Origin: Paraspadella gotoi
Lineage: Eukaryota; Animalia; Chaetognatha
Assembly: GCA_051294375.1 (NCBI GenBank)
Contig: JBJCIZ010000282.1
Coordinates: forward strand, 240,161-304,160
Length of the DNA: 64,000 nucleotides
Direction of reading: 5' to 3'
Shown: in pieces, positions 24,999-38,555 of the stretch
Layout: the number at the start of each line of letters is the position of its first letter
Numbering within the stretch: position 1 is the stretch's first letter
Notes under the pieces: model-generated
Database searches by the model: none
Told to the model about the DNA's origin: nothing
Seen by the model: only the letters and a program-made list of their open reading frames with translations
Made by a program: the position numbers and the translations under genes

Positions 24999-27900
24999 TC
25001 CCCCCCTCAAGTTCGGACCTTAGGGGTTCGAAACTGACCCTATTTACAGTGAGGTGACTTAGTACATACTAGTTAAGGAACAAAGTACTTTACAATATGT
25101 GTTTCTTCCTTGGGGGAATATTGCGCAAACAATAAGGTCTAGGAGAAACAATTGGGGGGACCCACTAAAAGGGGTTTGTCTTCTACAATAAATATTACAT
25201 ATATCTCTTCTCAAAAAAAAATATTTTTGTGAAGAAAAATTTTACAAAAAGGAAGCAGGAATGAGAAAAAAGAGATTTGTTGCGTCAAAGTGTTTTTGCA
25301 TTGATTGCTTGCATATTAGGCAAGTTGTGGTTAAACATGGAAAATAACCAGCTGTTGATGAATTTGTTTTTGATGATTACTTGCTGTTAGGCAAGGTTGT
25401 GATTAATCCGTAACAGTGACCAACTGTAGTGATGATTCTGGTGATAGGTGGCTGGATAACCGGTTAATCTAACAATCACCGGACTCCGCGAATGACTGAT
25501 AGTTAGATGCTTAGACAATCTAATACAATACTATATCTATTCCTTCAGAAGCGCCAGACGATGGTATTGTCTTGCACGGTGCTTGGTCTCTGAGGTTGGT
25601 ATCGTGTTGGTGTGTCGCAGTGGATCGTTGTCGTGGTGGCCGTTGCTGTTGCTGTAGGAGGTTCTTGTGACGTGCTGTGACGTTGCGGTCGCCTGAGGAT
25701 ATAAATGCTTGGGAATGATGAGATTCGGCGCTAGGGCTGACTCTTGCTCTTATTATTTGTTTGACCTTCCCCCCCTAGGAACGACTCGCCTGTGTGCTTG
25801 GTGGTCGTCCTTCTTCTTGGGGCTGCTGGAGGTGTTGGTTGACATCCGGCTGTTGTTGCTGCGCTTGATCCTGTCCGATGGAGATCTTCTCTGTTCCTCG
25901 GCCAGGGATGTCCACTGTGAAGGTCTTGTCAATCTCTTGAGCACTAACTTTGTAAGGCCCAAGTAGGGCGTAGCCGATAGAGTGACCCTGTTGCCACGGA
26001 GCACAAAAACCCAGTTTGCTGAGGCAAGACTGTGAGGAAGATGAACAGGTGGGTTATGAGTGCAATTAGGAACTACTGGTCTCAAAATTGCAAACGTTCG
26101 TGTCTCAAGTTTTGCAGCTCATTTTGGGCATTTGCTCTTGTTGGCTGTGTACCTTATTACCAGTTCGCCTGCGGCATTTGCTATTGTATCTCCGAATACA
26201 AGTTCTGCTGGTGATGCTTGTAGGTTTCTTTTTGGTGCAGACCTGAGCCTAAATAAGACCCAGGGTAGTTGATTGAAACCAATTTGCGCCGGACGCATCA
26301 CAACGCTCTTTCCAATGATGCCTTATGGTACGGTGAAACCGTCTCGAATCTCCGTTCGCCTTGCGGGTGGTAAGCTTGTGGTGTGTTGAGGCTTGTAGCC
26401 TTATAGCTTGGCTCAGCTGATGCCACCAATTCAGAAAGCTGAATTGTGTTCCCACGGTCGCGAAGTGACTGTGCGCTGGTACGCCCCGAATCTGGCCGGA
26501 TCAGTTCTTGAAGGAAGGCTGTTGCTCACGCGTTACTGCGGAGATACCCGAAGGGGATATGCTTCAGGCCAACGAGAAAAAACGGTCTAACAGCAGGTTA
26601 AAAGGACGTGCTAACCGCCTGAAGTGGGCAAGGGCACCACCAAGTCAATGTAACATGTTCGAAAACGTCTCGATGGTGCTTTCGGAAAGGTTGTAGTGAG
26701 ACCTGGGTGTGTCGTTGTTTACCTTTGCCTGCGCTGGCAGTCAAGGCAGGCCTGAGCCATCTTTGCCACGATACTGACGCGGCTTTTGGCCCAACAAATC
26801 TCTTTGTTACCAGCTTTTTTGTGCATCTGACGCTTGGCGTGAGCGCAGTGTGTGGATGGCATCACTAACTCGACGGCGCCATTTGTTGTGGGAACCAAGG
26901 GGCGCGCCCTTCCTGAACTGACATCGCAGATGATGTCCAAAGTCGTTCGCGCGATTACTATCTTGAATCGCAGGCTGGTGATGGGCCGACGATTCCGCCA
27001 GGAGTCGCTGGAATCTCCTCGTCCCGGGAACTTTGGCTCGCCCTGTGCTAAAGCGGCAAAATCGACGCCTTGGGGCGCCAACTGCGTGTTTTGACCGTTG
27101 CGACCAACGAGGCATTTCATGAAAGCGTCCCTGTATGACTCCTTCAGGTTCTAGGGCCACTGCTTGCTGGGCTGATGATTCTTATAGGCTGTCCGCCTAC
27201 CACGTGCCTGTGCCCTCGAATGTAGTCGGATGTCTGTTGTGTATTCGGAGATTTGGCAGATAATTGATATGTTTTGACGCATTTGAGTGTCGTTGGCTCA
27301 GATTCTTGCAGTATGCGGGAACTAGGCTGTTTCTGTCAGAGAACAGAACGAGTAAGCCGCCCTTCCAGGCAAGGCCTGAAGTGCCGACTGAGCAATGTGC
27401 GGCAAAGGAGCTTCCCGTCGAAATGGTGGCCATTTTGTCTGGTTCGAGCTAGCGGGCTGAGAAAAAGCCTTTAGCGGTTGCCATTGACACCAAATCTTCT
27501 GCCTCCAGGAACGCCGCCGCATGGCCGTAGTGACGCATCGACTGGTCAGCGCGGCGCAGAGGTTGCCCCGTCCACAGAGTGGACAAGCATAGCTTGCATT
27601 GCCAGAGCTTCTTTCGACTTGTTGAAGGCTTGAGTCATACTCAATCGGTCCATTTGAGGACTCGGGGGGTTAGCCTTTTAAGGCTTGGTATAAATGGTGT
27701 AAGGACTTCGGCGATGTGTGAAATGAAACGCCCCGTAGTAGTTGAGCATGCCAAGTATCTTTGAACCTCTTTGACCTGATGTTGGCCTGTGGGAATTGTT
27801 TTGATGTGTTCGAACTTTTGTGTCCAATGCGCCTGCACGCCAGTGCGTCTACCTGGTACCAAGAAAGTCGAGTGGATTGGTCACGCCCAGTACGCATTTT

Positions 27901-30900
27901 TGCCCTGTTCACTACTAAACCATTTGCTTGGCAGGGTGCTCAAAACAGTGTGTAGCATCTTGCATGTGTTCTTCTTTCGTTGCTTGAGGCCGGACCAGGA
28001 TGTCATCTAGATATAACCAAAGATGCTGTGGTACATCTTTGAGGGCTTCGTCCATCATCCTTTGAAAATCGGTACCTAGCATTCTTGAGCCAAATTGGTT
28101 GTTGAACGGGAATTCCCAAGAGCCAAAAGGAGTGATGACGGCTGTCTTGCAAATATCCTGCTCTGCTACAGGGTACTTAATCGTAGCCTTTACAAAGATC
28201 TACTTTTGAAAAAAATTGTTTTGCCTGCGAACATGGGCATTTAAAATCCATCAAAATTTTGATGGGGTAGCGGTTGTCTTTTGTGACTGCGTTGAGGCGC
28301 CTGTAGTCGCCGCCAAACATTCTGCAGTGCAGCCGTCAGGTTTTTTGACCACGCTGCTACGTGCGTGATGCCCAAGCACTCTGCTCTTCCGTATAATGCC
28401 CAGCTTCTCCATTTTTGCAAAATTCTTCTTTCGGCTGCTTTGAGTTTGTCAGCGCAACGTCGGCGGTGCTTGGAATAGGACAGGCGCGACCCTCGGTTGG
28501 CAATGTGGTGTTTCTACACCATGCTTGGTCTTCGAAGGTTCAAATCCGAGTTGTGTGAGCTTTCTGGGCGCGTTCGTCAATCAATTTGAAATAGGCATTA
28601 TAGACTGTATGACTCTGAAAGGCCTGTCCAGATAAGATTTGCCTTAGTGATTGTTGAAAAAATTCGTCAAGATCGACGAGTTAGGCGTAGCTTGTGGTCG
28701 GCGGCTAAATTGATGCGCTCATCAAGAAAAATTCAGCTCCAAGGATAGGGTCGTGAAACGTTCGCAAGCGTACCGGTTGTTTAGTGTGATATGTGCGTCT
28801 TCCTAGTCTGATAGTGATTTGTTTTCGTGCCGTAAGAAGAGATTGCAGACCCGTTTGCCCAGCATGAAGTTGAGGCGCGGAAGCCACCGCGGAGCTTTTC
28901 TGATGGAGAAGGTGCCATCAAAGTGACGCTGCACCACCATCCACAAGCCATGTCATTGTTGTTGATGTTGTCATACACGTGCAGTAAGCGTCTTACTACC
29001 AGCAGCGGCGTTTACTCCTCTGCGCTGCTCGGCTTGGCACCGTATTTCCCCGCTTGCATCCTGTGGTAGCATTTGATATGCTCGCCGTCTCAAAGTCCTG
29101 TGAGTAGAAACAGAGTCCGTTGCACGAGTCAGGAGAGGAGTAAAGGCATTTGAGGCCTGGTCGATGGTTTGAATGTTGGTGTTGTTGGGGAAACGGCGCT
29201 GCTGATTGTTGCTTGTCTTCTGTAGTTAGGGCTGCTGGCTGCCTGGGGCGCAGTTGGCCACGCGCGGAGGCGCTGGCACACACGTTGCTGCGTACGTGAC
29301 GTGGAGCTTATCTTCTGTGGAAGATTGTATCATCCGCCCAATTCGGGCGCATAATCCTCGTCTGTCTCCGAGTCCGATACGTCGTCACTCAAAGATGCCC
29401 CCATCTGTTGCGAGGTGTCGACGCTAATTGACGACTTTTCCAACTGGTTTTGAGACGACTGAAGATCGCCTTGGGCGGGAATAAAATGCGTCGGCCTTTT
29501 TGGCGATCGCCTCCGGCGTCTCGTCCCCTTCCACTAACTACCCTTCCAGCCAATGTCAGCGCCGCGGAGGACCTCGGCAAGGATCGCCGATTGAGGATGT
29601 GGTCACATCTTGAGGGATTCGACCTCTGCACGCAGTGCCGGCCACCAAACTGCGAGGAGTGCGTCCTTGGAGGGAGTGATGTCCTAGGAGCCTTTGCGCC
29701 TTTTGCCGGGGCTTTGCGGCAAACAACTCGTTAGCTGTTTTTTCAGAGTTTGTAACAGCCGACACAGGGTGATCATCGCGTATAAAAACCTCTGATCAGT
29801 ACCTGATGCTCCATGCGCGAATCGCACTGGAGAAGGTACAGCTTTTTAGTTGTTCGTCATGAAAACGAAGCGAGCTGGTAAACTCCCCTCGACTGCAGCA
29901 AGCGCCAGGCGTGCGGATTGTTGCTGACATCGGAAAGGTGGCACCCACTTTGGCGTCTTCGAACGGCTGGCTGGCTTGCGGTCTCCAGATCCATCGCGGG
30001 TTTGCGTTGAGGCAGCGAGCGCATTCCCATCGCTCTGACGTCTCCTGGCAGAAGCTTGACCTCATCATTGCACATTAACGTTGGCGATGGTACCTGTCGG
30101 CCTTGGTGCCTTCCTGTAGGTCCGCTGAGCTTCCAACTAGCTTTTGGATTCTCTCGTGAGGTGTGGATAGCAGGCTTATGATGCTTTCATTTACGCGCCC
30201 TTGTTTGATTCCACCTCCTTGATCCGGCTTGCTGAACGACGACAATAACCCATTTTGATGACCCTTGTGCCGGTCGCACTTTGATTCCTGACATTGGTCG
30301 AGGGGTGCTGGCCAGGACTTTTGGGCTCGGCTCTGTGCCGGGTCGGCCGCGCGGTCTGCTTCTGAAATGCGGCGTTGTCGAACTGCCTCTGGGTGATGGT
30401 GCGCTGCATGAAACCGGGCGGTGGCTGGAGATGTGATAGCGGGTGGTGGTGGTGGCGTCCTCCATAGGCGTCGCTGAGGTTCCCGGCAGAAGCGTGAGTC
30501 GCAGGCGCGGCGTCCTCCACGTCCAGCAGGGCTTCATGTCCAACAGGTTTTCCATGATGGTTCGTGTAGAATGTTGGCTTAAAAAATATTGGCTGTAAAA
30601 AAATACTAATTTCTGGCCCGAACCAGAAAGATCAAAATTTCAATCTCTTTTTAATCAAAGGAAAAATACCGAAAGAAAAAATTCGGCTGTAATTCGTTTA
30701 TAGAATTAGAGCTTTAGCGAAATTCCTCTGATGAAAATTGTTTTAATACGGCGCAGGAGAGGTAAAATGAAAACGCCGTTGGCGAGACTTTTTTACATTA
30801 CCGCTAGCGTTAAGTTTAATGAAAGTTTATTTAAACTTAGAGCTAATTTTTAAATTTTCAAAAAATAAAAAGAATAAAATCGATTAGGGTAGTATCGAAT

Positions 30901-31252
30901 TTCAAAATTAAAAACAAATACAAAATCGATTGAGCTTGATTGCAGTAATCCGGGTAGTGATGCCAAAAATGTGTGGACGTTGGAAAAACGAAACGTAGAG
31001 ACGCGCCGCGACTGAGAACAAATTAGAAAGACAATTGCGAAAATTTTTGAAGAAAGGAGTGTTTAAAATTTTTGAAGCAAAAACTTGCGTTGATCGCGAT
31101 AATAGGCCTGCTGAAACTTGAGCGAATCTTTTCACTAATTAAACCGCCCTATTTAATGACTGTATGAATAAAATAATTCGATCAATCACTTGAATCAATC
31201 AAATCATAAATCAATTGAAAAAAAAAAAATTCAGAAGGTTACTTATCTTTTA

Positions 31253-31265
31253 GTCGGGATCACCA
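31253..31265 (-). promoter_or_regulatory. tRNA-Trp primer-binding site
   Basis: TGGTGATCCCGAC versus the tRNA-Trp complement TGGTGACCCCGAC (one G-U). Confidence 0.8.
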
Positions 31266-31266
31266 A

Positions 31267-31565
31267 TGTAGAAGACGAAGAATGTAATAATAAATATTTT
31301 GAAGAGAGAGTGGAAATAAATTGTGACGATGTAAGAGGAAAGTAGAAAAAGAAGTGAGTCATAGCTCTCTCCTGATCCAACTTTTATCATCCCCGGACCA
31401 ACTTGACCTTAACGGTCGCCTCGCGCCCTATTTATCTGTGTCCGGTCAATTCTAAGGTCAATTGCCAAAGCTTAGGGGCCTAAGTACCGTTGTGGGAATA
31501 GGACCGCTCGAAGAAAGAGAGAGAGGAAGGGTTTAGAGAGAGAGGACCGAAGGTAAGTCGCCTCA
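31267..31565 (-). repeat. 5' LTR
   Basis: Direct repeat of 24713-24998, followed on the minus strand by the PBS. Confidence 0.92.
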
Positions 31566-33099
31566 GGTGTAAATATTGAGAAGACAGAGGCGAGAGAGAA
31601 AATAATTACATTTTTGTAATGTATAACCAAATACGTGAGCCATTTTGGCTGAAACAAAAAGAACAAAATTCCCAGATCAAATACTTATCTCCCTCTCTTG
31701 AAAACAAAGAAATTACGAAACTGATATTTATTAAAATGGGAAAAATGAAACGAATTTTTTTTTCAATGAAATACAAAGTAACTAAGTCATAAACAATATT
31801 TGAAAAATATAGTAAATGTAAATATGCTATGTGATGTAACATTTGTTTTTGTTAATGAGATAATTAGCTAATTTCTGTTTAATTGTTCTACGCTAATTAA
31901 ACTTTTTTTAATGAAAAAAAAGAAATTACGAAACTGATATTTATTAAATGGAAAAAATGAAACAAAAATGAAACAGTCATAAACAATATTTGAAAAATGT
32001 ACAGTACCCAGGGATGAAATAATTCTTCTATTTTTACATCCAATAAGCTGATATTTTAACATAAAATAGTCTCAACATAGGTCTATTGCCAATTGGATTA
32101 AAATTTAAATCAGACAATTCTAAACCACTTAAAAATAGGCACAAAAAAAAATTTAAAAGTTGCATATCTTGGTAATTTTATGTAGTAAATTTTTTAAATT
32201 TTACATATACATACTCAAAAGGGTTTGTGAGATGTTGTCAGAATATGAATAAAATTATTATTAGCATTTACTAAGGGAAATATTTTAGATGTGTCATTTT
32301 TTTAATCAGTCATAATCAGTCATAACTATTATTAGTGAATATTATGCTTTTATATTTCAGTCTTAGATGGGCCTTTGGTTGCTCTACAACATATATGAGT
32401 TTCGGTCATCTCACATATATGAGTTTCGGTCATCTCGAAAAAAATTTTGTCACAGGTCAAAATTTTAATAACAAAATTCAATTGTCTTTTATACCTAAAA
32501 TATGCAGAGAACTGGATTTATTTTTTAACTATAAAATAGCCAAAGCATACTTTATCTGCTGGGGGTCTCAAAAATTTAAATTAAAATAAGCATAATCTCA
32601 TTTGCATATTTAAAGTTTTTTTACTTTACTAAATTTCTCCTTACTAGGTGAGTATTTTTTTATTGTTATAAGTGCATAACAATTACATTGTATAAGCTTT
32701 AACTTAAGCTTATTTTGGAGATTTTTTAACTTTATTTTTAAATTGATATTATTTTTAAGATATTACTTTAAAAAAGGTATTTATTAATACTTTATCAAAT
32801 TTCAATTTTTGTTATTATTATAAAAAGAGGTTAAAACAAGTATTCTAAATATATAAATTTTTGTAAATTAGATCATCCAAGGCCGAGATATGGAATTTTG
32901 AATTTGTCAAAAAGAAAAAAAAATACCCCTTTTCAAACCCCAATAAAAAACTGTACAATCAAAATATATCTTTAATATTTTAAAGATACGTAATATTTTC
33001 ATTCAAATTAACAGTCTTTAAGTTTCAGATCAATCGGAAAACTTTTACTATTAAATTTTTAAGAAAGAAGTTAATTTTTTAAAAAAATCAATTTTTAAA

Positions 33100-34067
33100 A
33101 AACAAGTTTGAGCAAACAACAAAAACCTGTTTCACTAATTGATTATGCTTCTTTTTCCTTTTATATTAAATGTAAATGAAGGATGTGTTAATAAATCAAA
33201 TAATTAATCAGTTAATTAATCAATTAGTCAATTAATCAAAAATTAATTAATTAGTCAATCAATCCGTCCATCCGTCCCATCTTAGCAAAAGCTCCAATAA
33301 CTCGTGATTGGCTGGTTGGATTGGAATGAAATTTTGTGTCTGGGTAGGACAGTGTGAGATGAAGTTGGATATAAAGTTTCGATGGAATCGTGCGAGTGGA
33401 AATGAGTTGAAATGGAAAAAACATAAGTTGCATTTACTAAAATATTTTTACTTATTTTAACCAATAAATACTCTATTTAATCATAATTAGATGGATAGAT
33501 TGAGTTGAAATTTTGTGTGTGGGTAGGATAGTGTGTGACGAAGCTTGATACAAAGTTTCGGTTGAAAAATACGAGTGGCAATGAGTTTAAATAAAAAAAA
33601 TATGAGTCACATTTACTTGAATCTTTTTGCTTTCACGATCTTGTTAGTCCTGCAATGTTACTTATTTTAACCCATAATTACTCGAATTAATCATAATTGA
33701 ATTAATAGATTGAAAAGGAAAGTGTGTGAAGAAGCTCGATATAAAGTTTTGATGGAATTGTGCCAGTGGAAATGAGTTTAAATGGAAAAAACATAAGTCA
33801 CATTTACTTGAATCTTTTTTATTTATGATTACTAATAAATGTTTTAATTAATTAATTAATTAATTTGAAAAAATGATACAATTTAAAAAAATTATGCAAG
33901 TTGAAAAAATTATGCAAGTTGAAAAAATTATGGGGATGGATGAATGGATTGATGGACAGAAAGACATTTTTTTGCATAATTTATCAATTCAATGTTCTGA
34001 TGATATAAGTGAATGACCAACAAGATTGAGGGGTGGACTGATAGATTGACAAAGTTGATTATAGAGT
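33100..34067 (-). mobile_element. Second HINE-family copy with an internally inverted body
   Basis: AAACAAGTTTGAGCA at 33100 is the reverse complement of the HINE 3' end, and 33935-34067 matches the reverse complement of its 5' part. 33121-33930 is a direct repeat of 22838-23500 and neighbouring segments. Confidence 0.7.
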
Positions 34068-35212
34068 GTATATATTTAAACATGTTTCGTAACTATGTCG
34101 TATAACCGTTAAGACAGAACAAGGTAAAAACTAAGAGTTCTGTAATATAAATAACGTTAGAGCATCCCTGTGGAATAACGAAATTAAAAAAAATTTAAGA
34201 TTTTATGTATAGTTAATAACATAGAAGCATTTAAAGTTTATCATATCATTATAAATCATTAAAAAAAATTTTTTCTAAATCAGAATTTTTAAAAACGGGT
34301 TCGGGAAGAGCTTGAAAAAATAACTGAAAAATAATACTACAAGATTTCTAAATTGTTATGTTTTATTGGTTAAAATTAGCAAAAACAATAAAAATTATGG
34401 TATGATGATGATGATGATGATGATTTTAAAAAGTTTTTCCATTATTTGACCCACTTATCATCAAAATATTGAAAAACGCATTATACTTTGTGTGACAACT
34501 TTTTATGAGCTATCTGAATCCGTTCTTAAAAAAAAATTTTTACCAAAAAAATTTTTCATTGACTATACATTGATAAATATTTAAATGCTTCAATGTTAAA
34601 CTCTGCTTCACTAGTTAAAAAGTAATAGTAAATATTGATTAAGTATATGATAGACAAATGAATTTTATAAAAATTTGCAAATTACATGTTTCACTATTTT
34701 CTATTTTTATATTTTATGAAGGATTTAGTATTTAATTTATATTGTTTAAACAATATATATTGCTTTCTTTCTTACTAATCTTACTAATCATTATATCTAA
34801 TAACTCAATTTGGGAAGGGGAAGTCAGTGTTGTCTTCTGGAAATAGAGGGGGCATTTATACAACACAAGGTTAAATTACAATCTGTCCTAGTTTTCTAAT
34901 AGATATCACACATCATTTCTGTTAGAAAATCATTATTAAAAAATCATAATATCTAAGAGGCTGAACAGAAAGGGGTAGGAATGGATAATTTTTTGAGGGG
35001 GGACCAAAGTTATATGTGATTTTTTTACCAATAGGGATAAGACTACCATGTAGAATTGTATGTTCTGATAGAGATACATACTGGGGAAAGGTCTATAGGG
35101 GCACTTTATGACATGAATATAATTTTAAAATACTTTAATGAAAATTATATTTTTTCTTTATCCTATTTTTAATTTTTTTTTTTTTGAATATTTTTTATTT
35201 TTAATGTTTATA

Positions 35213-35320
35213 CAATGGGAAGGTCATCAGTTTGGAACCTATACCCTTCATGGATTTCGGCTCTTTAATCCCAATATCCAGGTATAGGCGAGGCATCACC
35301 AAATGGTGATCCTTCAATGG
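35213..35320 (-). ncRNA. Structured RNA motif in the PLE 3' pseudo-LTR, copy 1 (candidate scrambled hammerhead, two helix mismatches)
   Basis: Same motif as 42141-42247, with TCCAAA for TCCCAA and GCCTC for GGCTC. Confidence 0.4.
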
Positions 35321-35784
35321 TTGCTTATCTTATATTTTAAAGGTATATTTTTGAATGTTTAATTTAGACAGACCAAAGCCCTAGTATCACAGCTTTATTA
35401 TTTTAGGAAATTTATTAAGGTTTTGTAATAATTTGTAAATTGTAAATGAATTAAATAAGTTAAATAATTAGTTAAGTATTAAGTTAAATAAATTTAAAGG
35501 TTATTTTGAATGTTTATTTTAAACAGACCAAAGCCCTAGTATCACAGCATTATTAATTTTAGGGAAATTTATTAAGGTTTTGTAATAATTTGTAAATTGT
35601 AAAGGAATTAAATAAGTTAAATAATTAATTAAATATTAAGTAATAATCAAGGGTATGTTAATGTAAAGTTAACATTAAGTAAATTAATAAAAGTTAAAAA
35701 ATAAGTTAAATCAAAGAGTTAAATAATTTAAATTAGTTAAATAAGTTTTTTAACTAATATTGTTGATGTTATTATTATTATTAT

Positions 35785-38555
35785 TTAAAGTGGTTTAATT
35801 TTGTTATTTTTACCTTATTATTTCTATTAGGAATTATCATGTATAATCTTTTTCGAAAATAGATTAATATCAGTAGACGAGTTATATTTTTTTATTAGTT
35901 CGCTTATGTATATTATTTGAAAAAAATTTAATGAATCCCTTTTTCTTACAGTCTTCTAAATATATAACCCTGATTTTTGTAGTTTTTTGGCTTAATTATT
36001 GCTGCTCGCTTGAGTGAAAAATCTGTAAACATCGAACATATTCTTGCATATCTAATGTAACTTGGGTAATAAATGAACACCTAGTGGCTCGGCCTTTGTC
36101 TGGGAATACAACTATCATATGCATGGCGTAATTAACTCACTTCAAAAGAAAAGGAATCTCTTTTATCATAAACAGAAAGAGTAAGATTTTTGTTTTCTGA
36201 CTTAAAGTTAATGTCTAGATAATCTACATTTGTATCTGTACTATTAGATTTATTGACAGTAAGTGCTGCTGGATATATGTTAGCAAGATGTGTTTTAAAA
36301 TCCTTAAAATCTGCTGAAAAAAGGTCATCAATATATCTTGAGCAATTTTTAAATTGTCGAGCGATTCCTAAATTATTTTTTGACATATTTAAAATAAAAT
36401 AACAACATATTGGCAATATCTTGACCAGAATCTAGTCCAATTGGTATTCCTAATGTTTGTTTATATATTAAGGAGCCAAATTTGACAAAAACATTATCTA
36501 AAATAAAGTTGAGGAAAATATTTAAATCTTTCTCAGTAAAAGAAATATACCCCTTATTCTTAGTATTTGAAAAATATGCCTTTTTATGATTTACATTTAT
36601 GAATGTTTAATTTTCCCCAAAAAAAATTGTTCTGAAAGTAATTTTTAGGTTACTCCAGATTTCATAATGGGGAAGTGATGGATATAATGTTGAAAAATCA
36701 TAAGCTTCTAAAAATTCTGTTTTTAATTGAGAAATATTTTTCAAAAGCTCCAAAGAATTATCAATTATCCAATAATGTTTTATTCTAGATCTTTGAAAAA
36801 CTACTTGATAGTATACTTTAATTTTAATTTTTTAATTTTAAACATTTTTAAAAATGTCTGGATATTGCTTTGATAGAACATATTTTAGAACCAGCTATGT
36901 ATCTTTGTTTTGTAGGACATTTATGCATTTTAGGAATAAAATAAATAATAGGAGTTTCTTTCATTTCATCTTTTACTTTAACTCCATAATCTTCACTAAA
37001 TTTAGCTATTCTGTTATTGATAATTTCAGCGGTTTCATTAGTGACATTATATGATTGTGAATCTATTAATTCTTCTTTTAATCTTTTATAATAGAATTTT
37101 TTACACATAAAAATAATATTGCTTTGAGCTATGTCCACTGGTGTTATTATAAAATTATCTTGTAATATATTTAGTTCAGTTTTTAAAGAACCTGTAATAT
37201 TTAATGGAAAAGTATTTTTAATTTTATTCTTGCAATGTTCTATCCGTTTTTTAACTAAATTTAAAACTTCTTTTTTCCATACATTTAATACATTGATATT
37301 TATATTTATGTCTTTATTGGCCTGATTTTCTTTTTTTATCCAATCTTTAGCATATATGTCTAAGAAGTCTGCTATATTTTCCATATTTTTTATCCAATTT
37401 ATTTTTCTAGGTAGTCTATATTTTGGTCCTTTTTTCAAAATTATCTTTAAATTTTCATTTTCTATTATATTCAAATTACCTGTGATAATATGGTTATGAT
37501 GTGGATCTTTAAATGTAGAATTTTTGCAATCACAGACCATTAGATTTATAACAATATTGTTAATATCCTCATTTTGCAAGTATTTTTTATAATTGAATAT
37601 TAAACCTGCTATGCTCTTATTATATCTATATCCTATTATTGGGGGTTCATTGTAATTAAAATATACTGGTATTTTGTTCTATATGGTTTTACTATTTAAA
37701 ATTCCACTAAGATTAATATAGTCTAAGCCTTTATCTATAAAAGTAATGTGGTAATATTCTATTTTTTCTAATTTTTTCTATTAAAACAGGTTTAAATAAT
37801 CGTATACCTGATATCATTATAATGCTATCTCGTAAATTTCTATATTCATTATCATTCATATATTTACTCTCATTATATAGAATCAATAATTTTCCACGTG
37901 GCAAACTATAAAGATAGGTTTTAATATAATGCATGATTTTTTATATTATTGTATAAATTTTTTTAAATAAGTTAAAGTAAAAATATGCCCTGGTCTTCTA
38001 TTTTTTGGTTTTCTTTTTCCGTGTGATCGTTTTTTCTCTTTGTATTTCCATATATTTGATAGTTTTGTTGAAATGGTACAAAATCTCCTATACCTTTTAA
38101 TCTTACATTTAATCCAAAAGGGTAAAGAGATTGAAATTTTCTTTCCCAATGTGCTTCCCTTTCTAGTCTTAATTTATTTTATTTATTATATTATTCATTG
38201 GTCTAATTTTTTCTATTGGTATAATTCTAGTTTTCTAGACCATGATTTTCATTGTTAAAATGTTGATGGATAATTTGAGAACTTTTTCCTGACCTTATAG
38301 AATGTTTATGACCATTAAACCTTATTCTTAAACTATTTCTTTGTTTCTCCTATATATTGCAGTTGAACAGATATGACATGATATTAATTATATTATATTT
38401 TCTGTATTACAAATTAAAAATTTGAGCCATTTAATATTGGAAAAATATGTATATTTGTTTGATTTTAATTTAAAAAATTACATTCTTGAATAAAGGACAA
38501 GTGCCGCACCTACCTTTTTTGTTGCATTTTGTATATTATTAAGATTTAGAGCCAT
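35785..38555 (-). pseudogene. Naiad-type PLE ORF: N-terminal GIY-YIG endonuclease, CxC linker, C-terminal reverse transcriptase (frameshifted)
   Basis: Across frameshifts: RCGTCP, CNTEN, ISC..C.LQYIGET, RFNGHK, EREAHW (EN). Linker CDCKNS..DPHHNHIITGNL, KGPKYR. RT: YFIPKMHKCP..RYIAGS, YDFSTLY, QTLGIPIG, RYIDDL, YLDI, VYDKRD.F.F. Confidence 0.9.

Larger units (their letters stand above)
24713..31565 (-). mobile_element. Full-length Ty3/gypsy LTR retrotransposon, CsRn1-like; reading frames broken by many indels
   Basis: LTRs at 24713-24998 and 31267-31565 (TGTAG..CCTCA), TSD GGTG on both sides, PPT GAGGGGGGGA, PBS TGGTGATCCCGAC. Gag has a CFY(H)..F..A..C..C-like motif (~29050-29120). Protease LVDGGA at ~28935, RT remnants ~27900-28400, RNase H ~27200-27550, integrase ~26100-26850. 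Confidence 0.92.

Noticed and set aside
35785-38555. Selenoprotein-type Naiad (in-frame UGA plus SECIS)
   Set aside because: The breaks I could read are frameshifts or TAA/TAG, and no convincing SECIS geometry was found. It cannot be excluded without a consensus.
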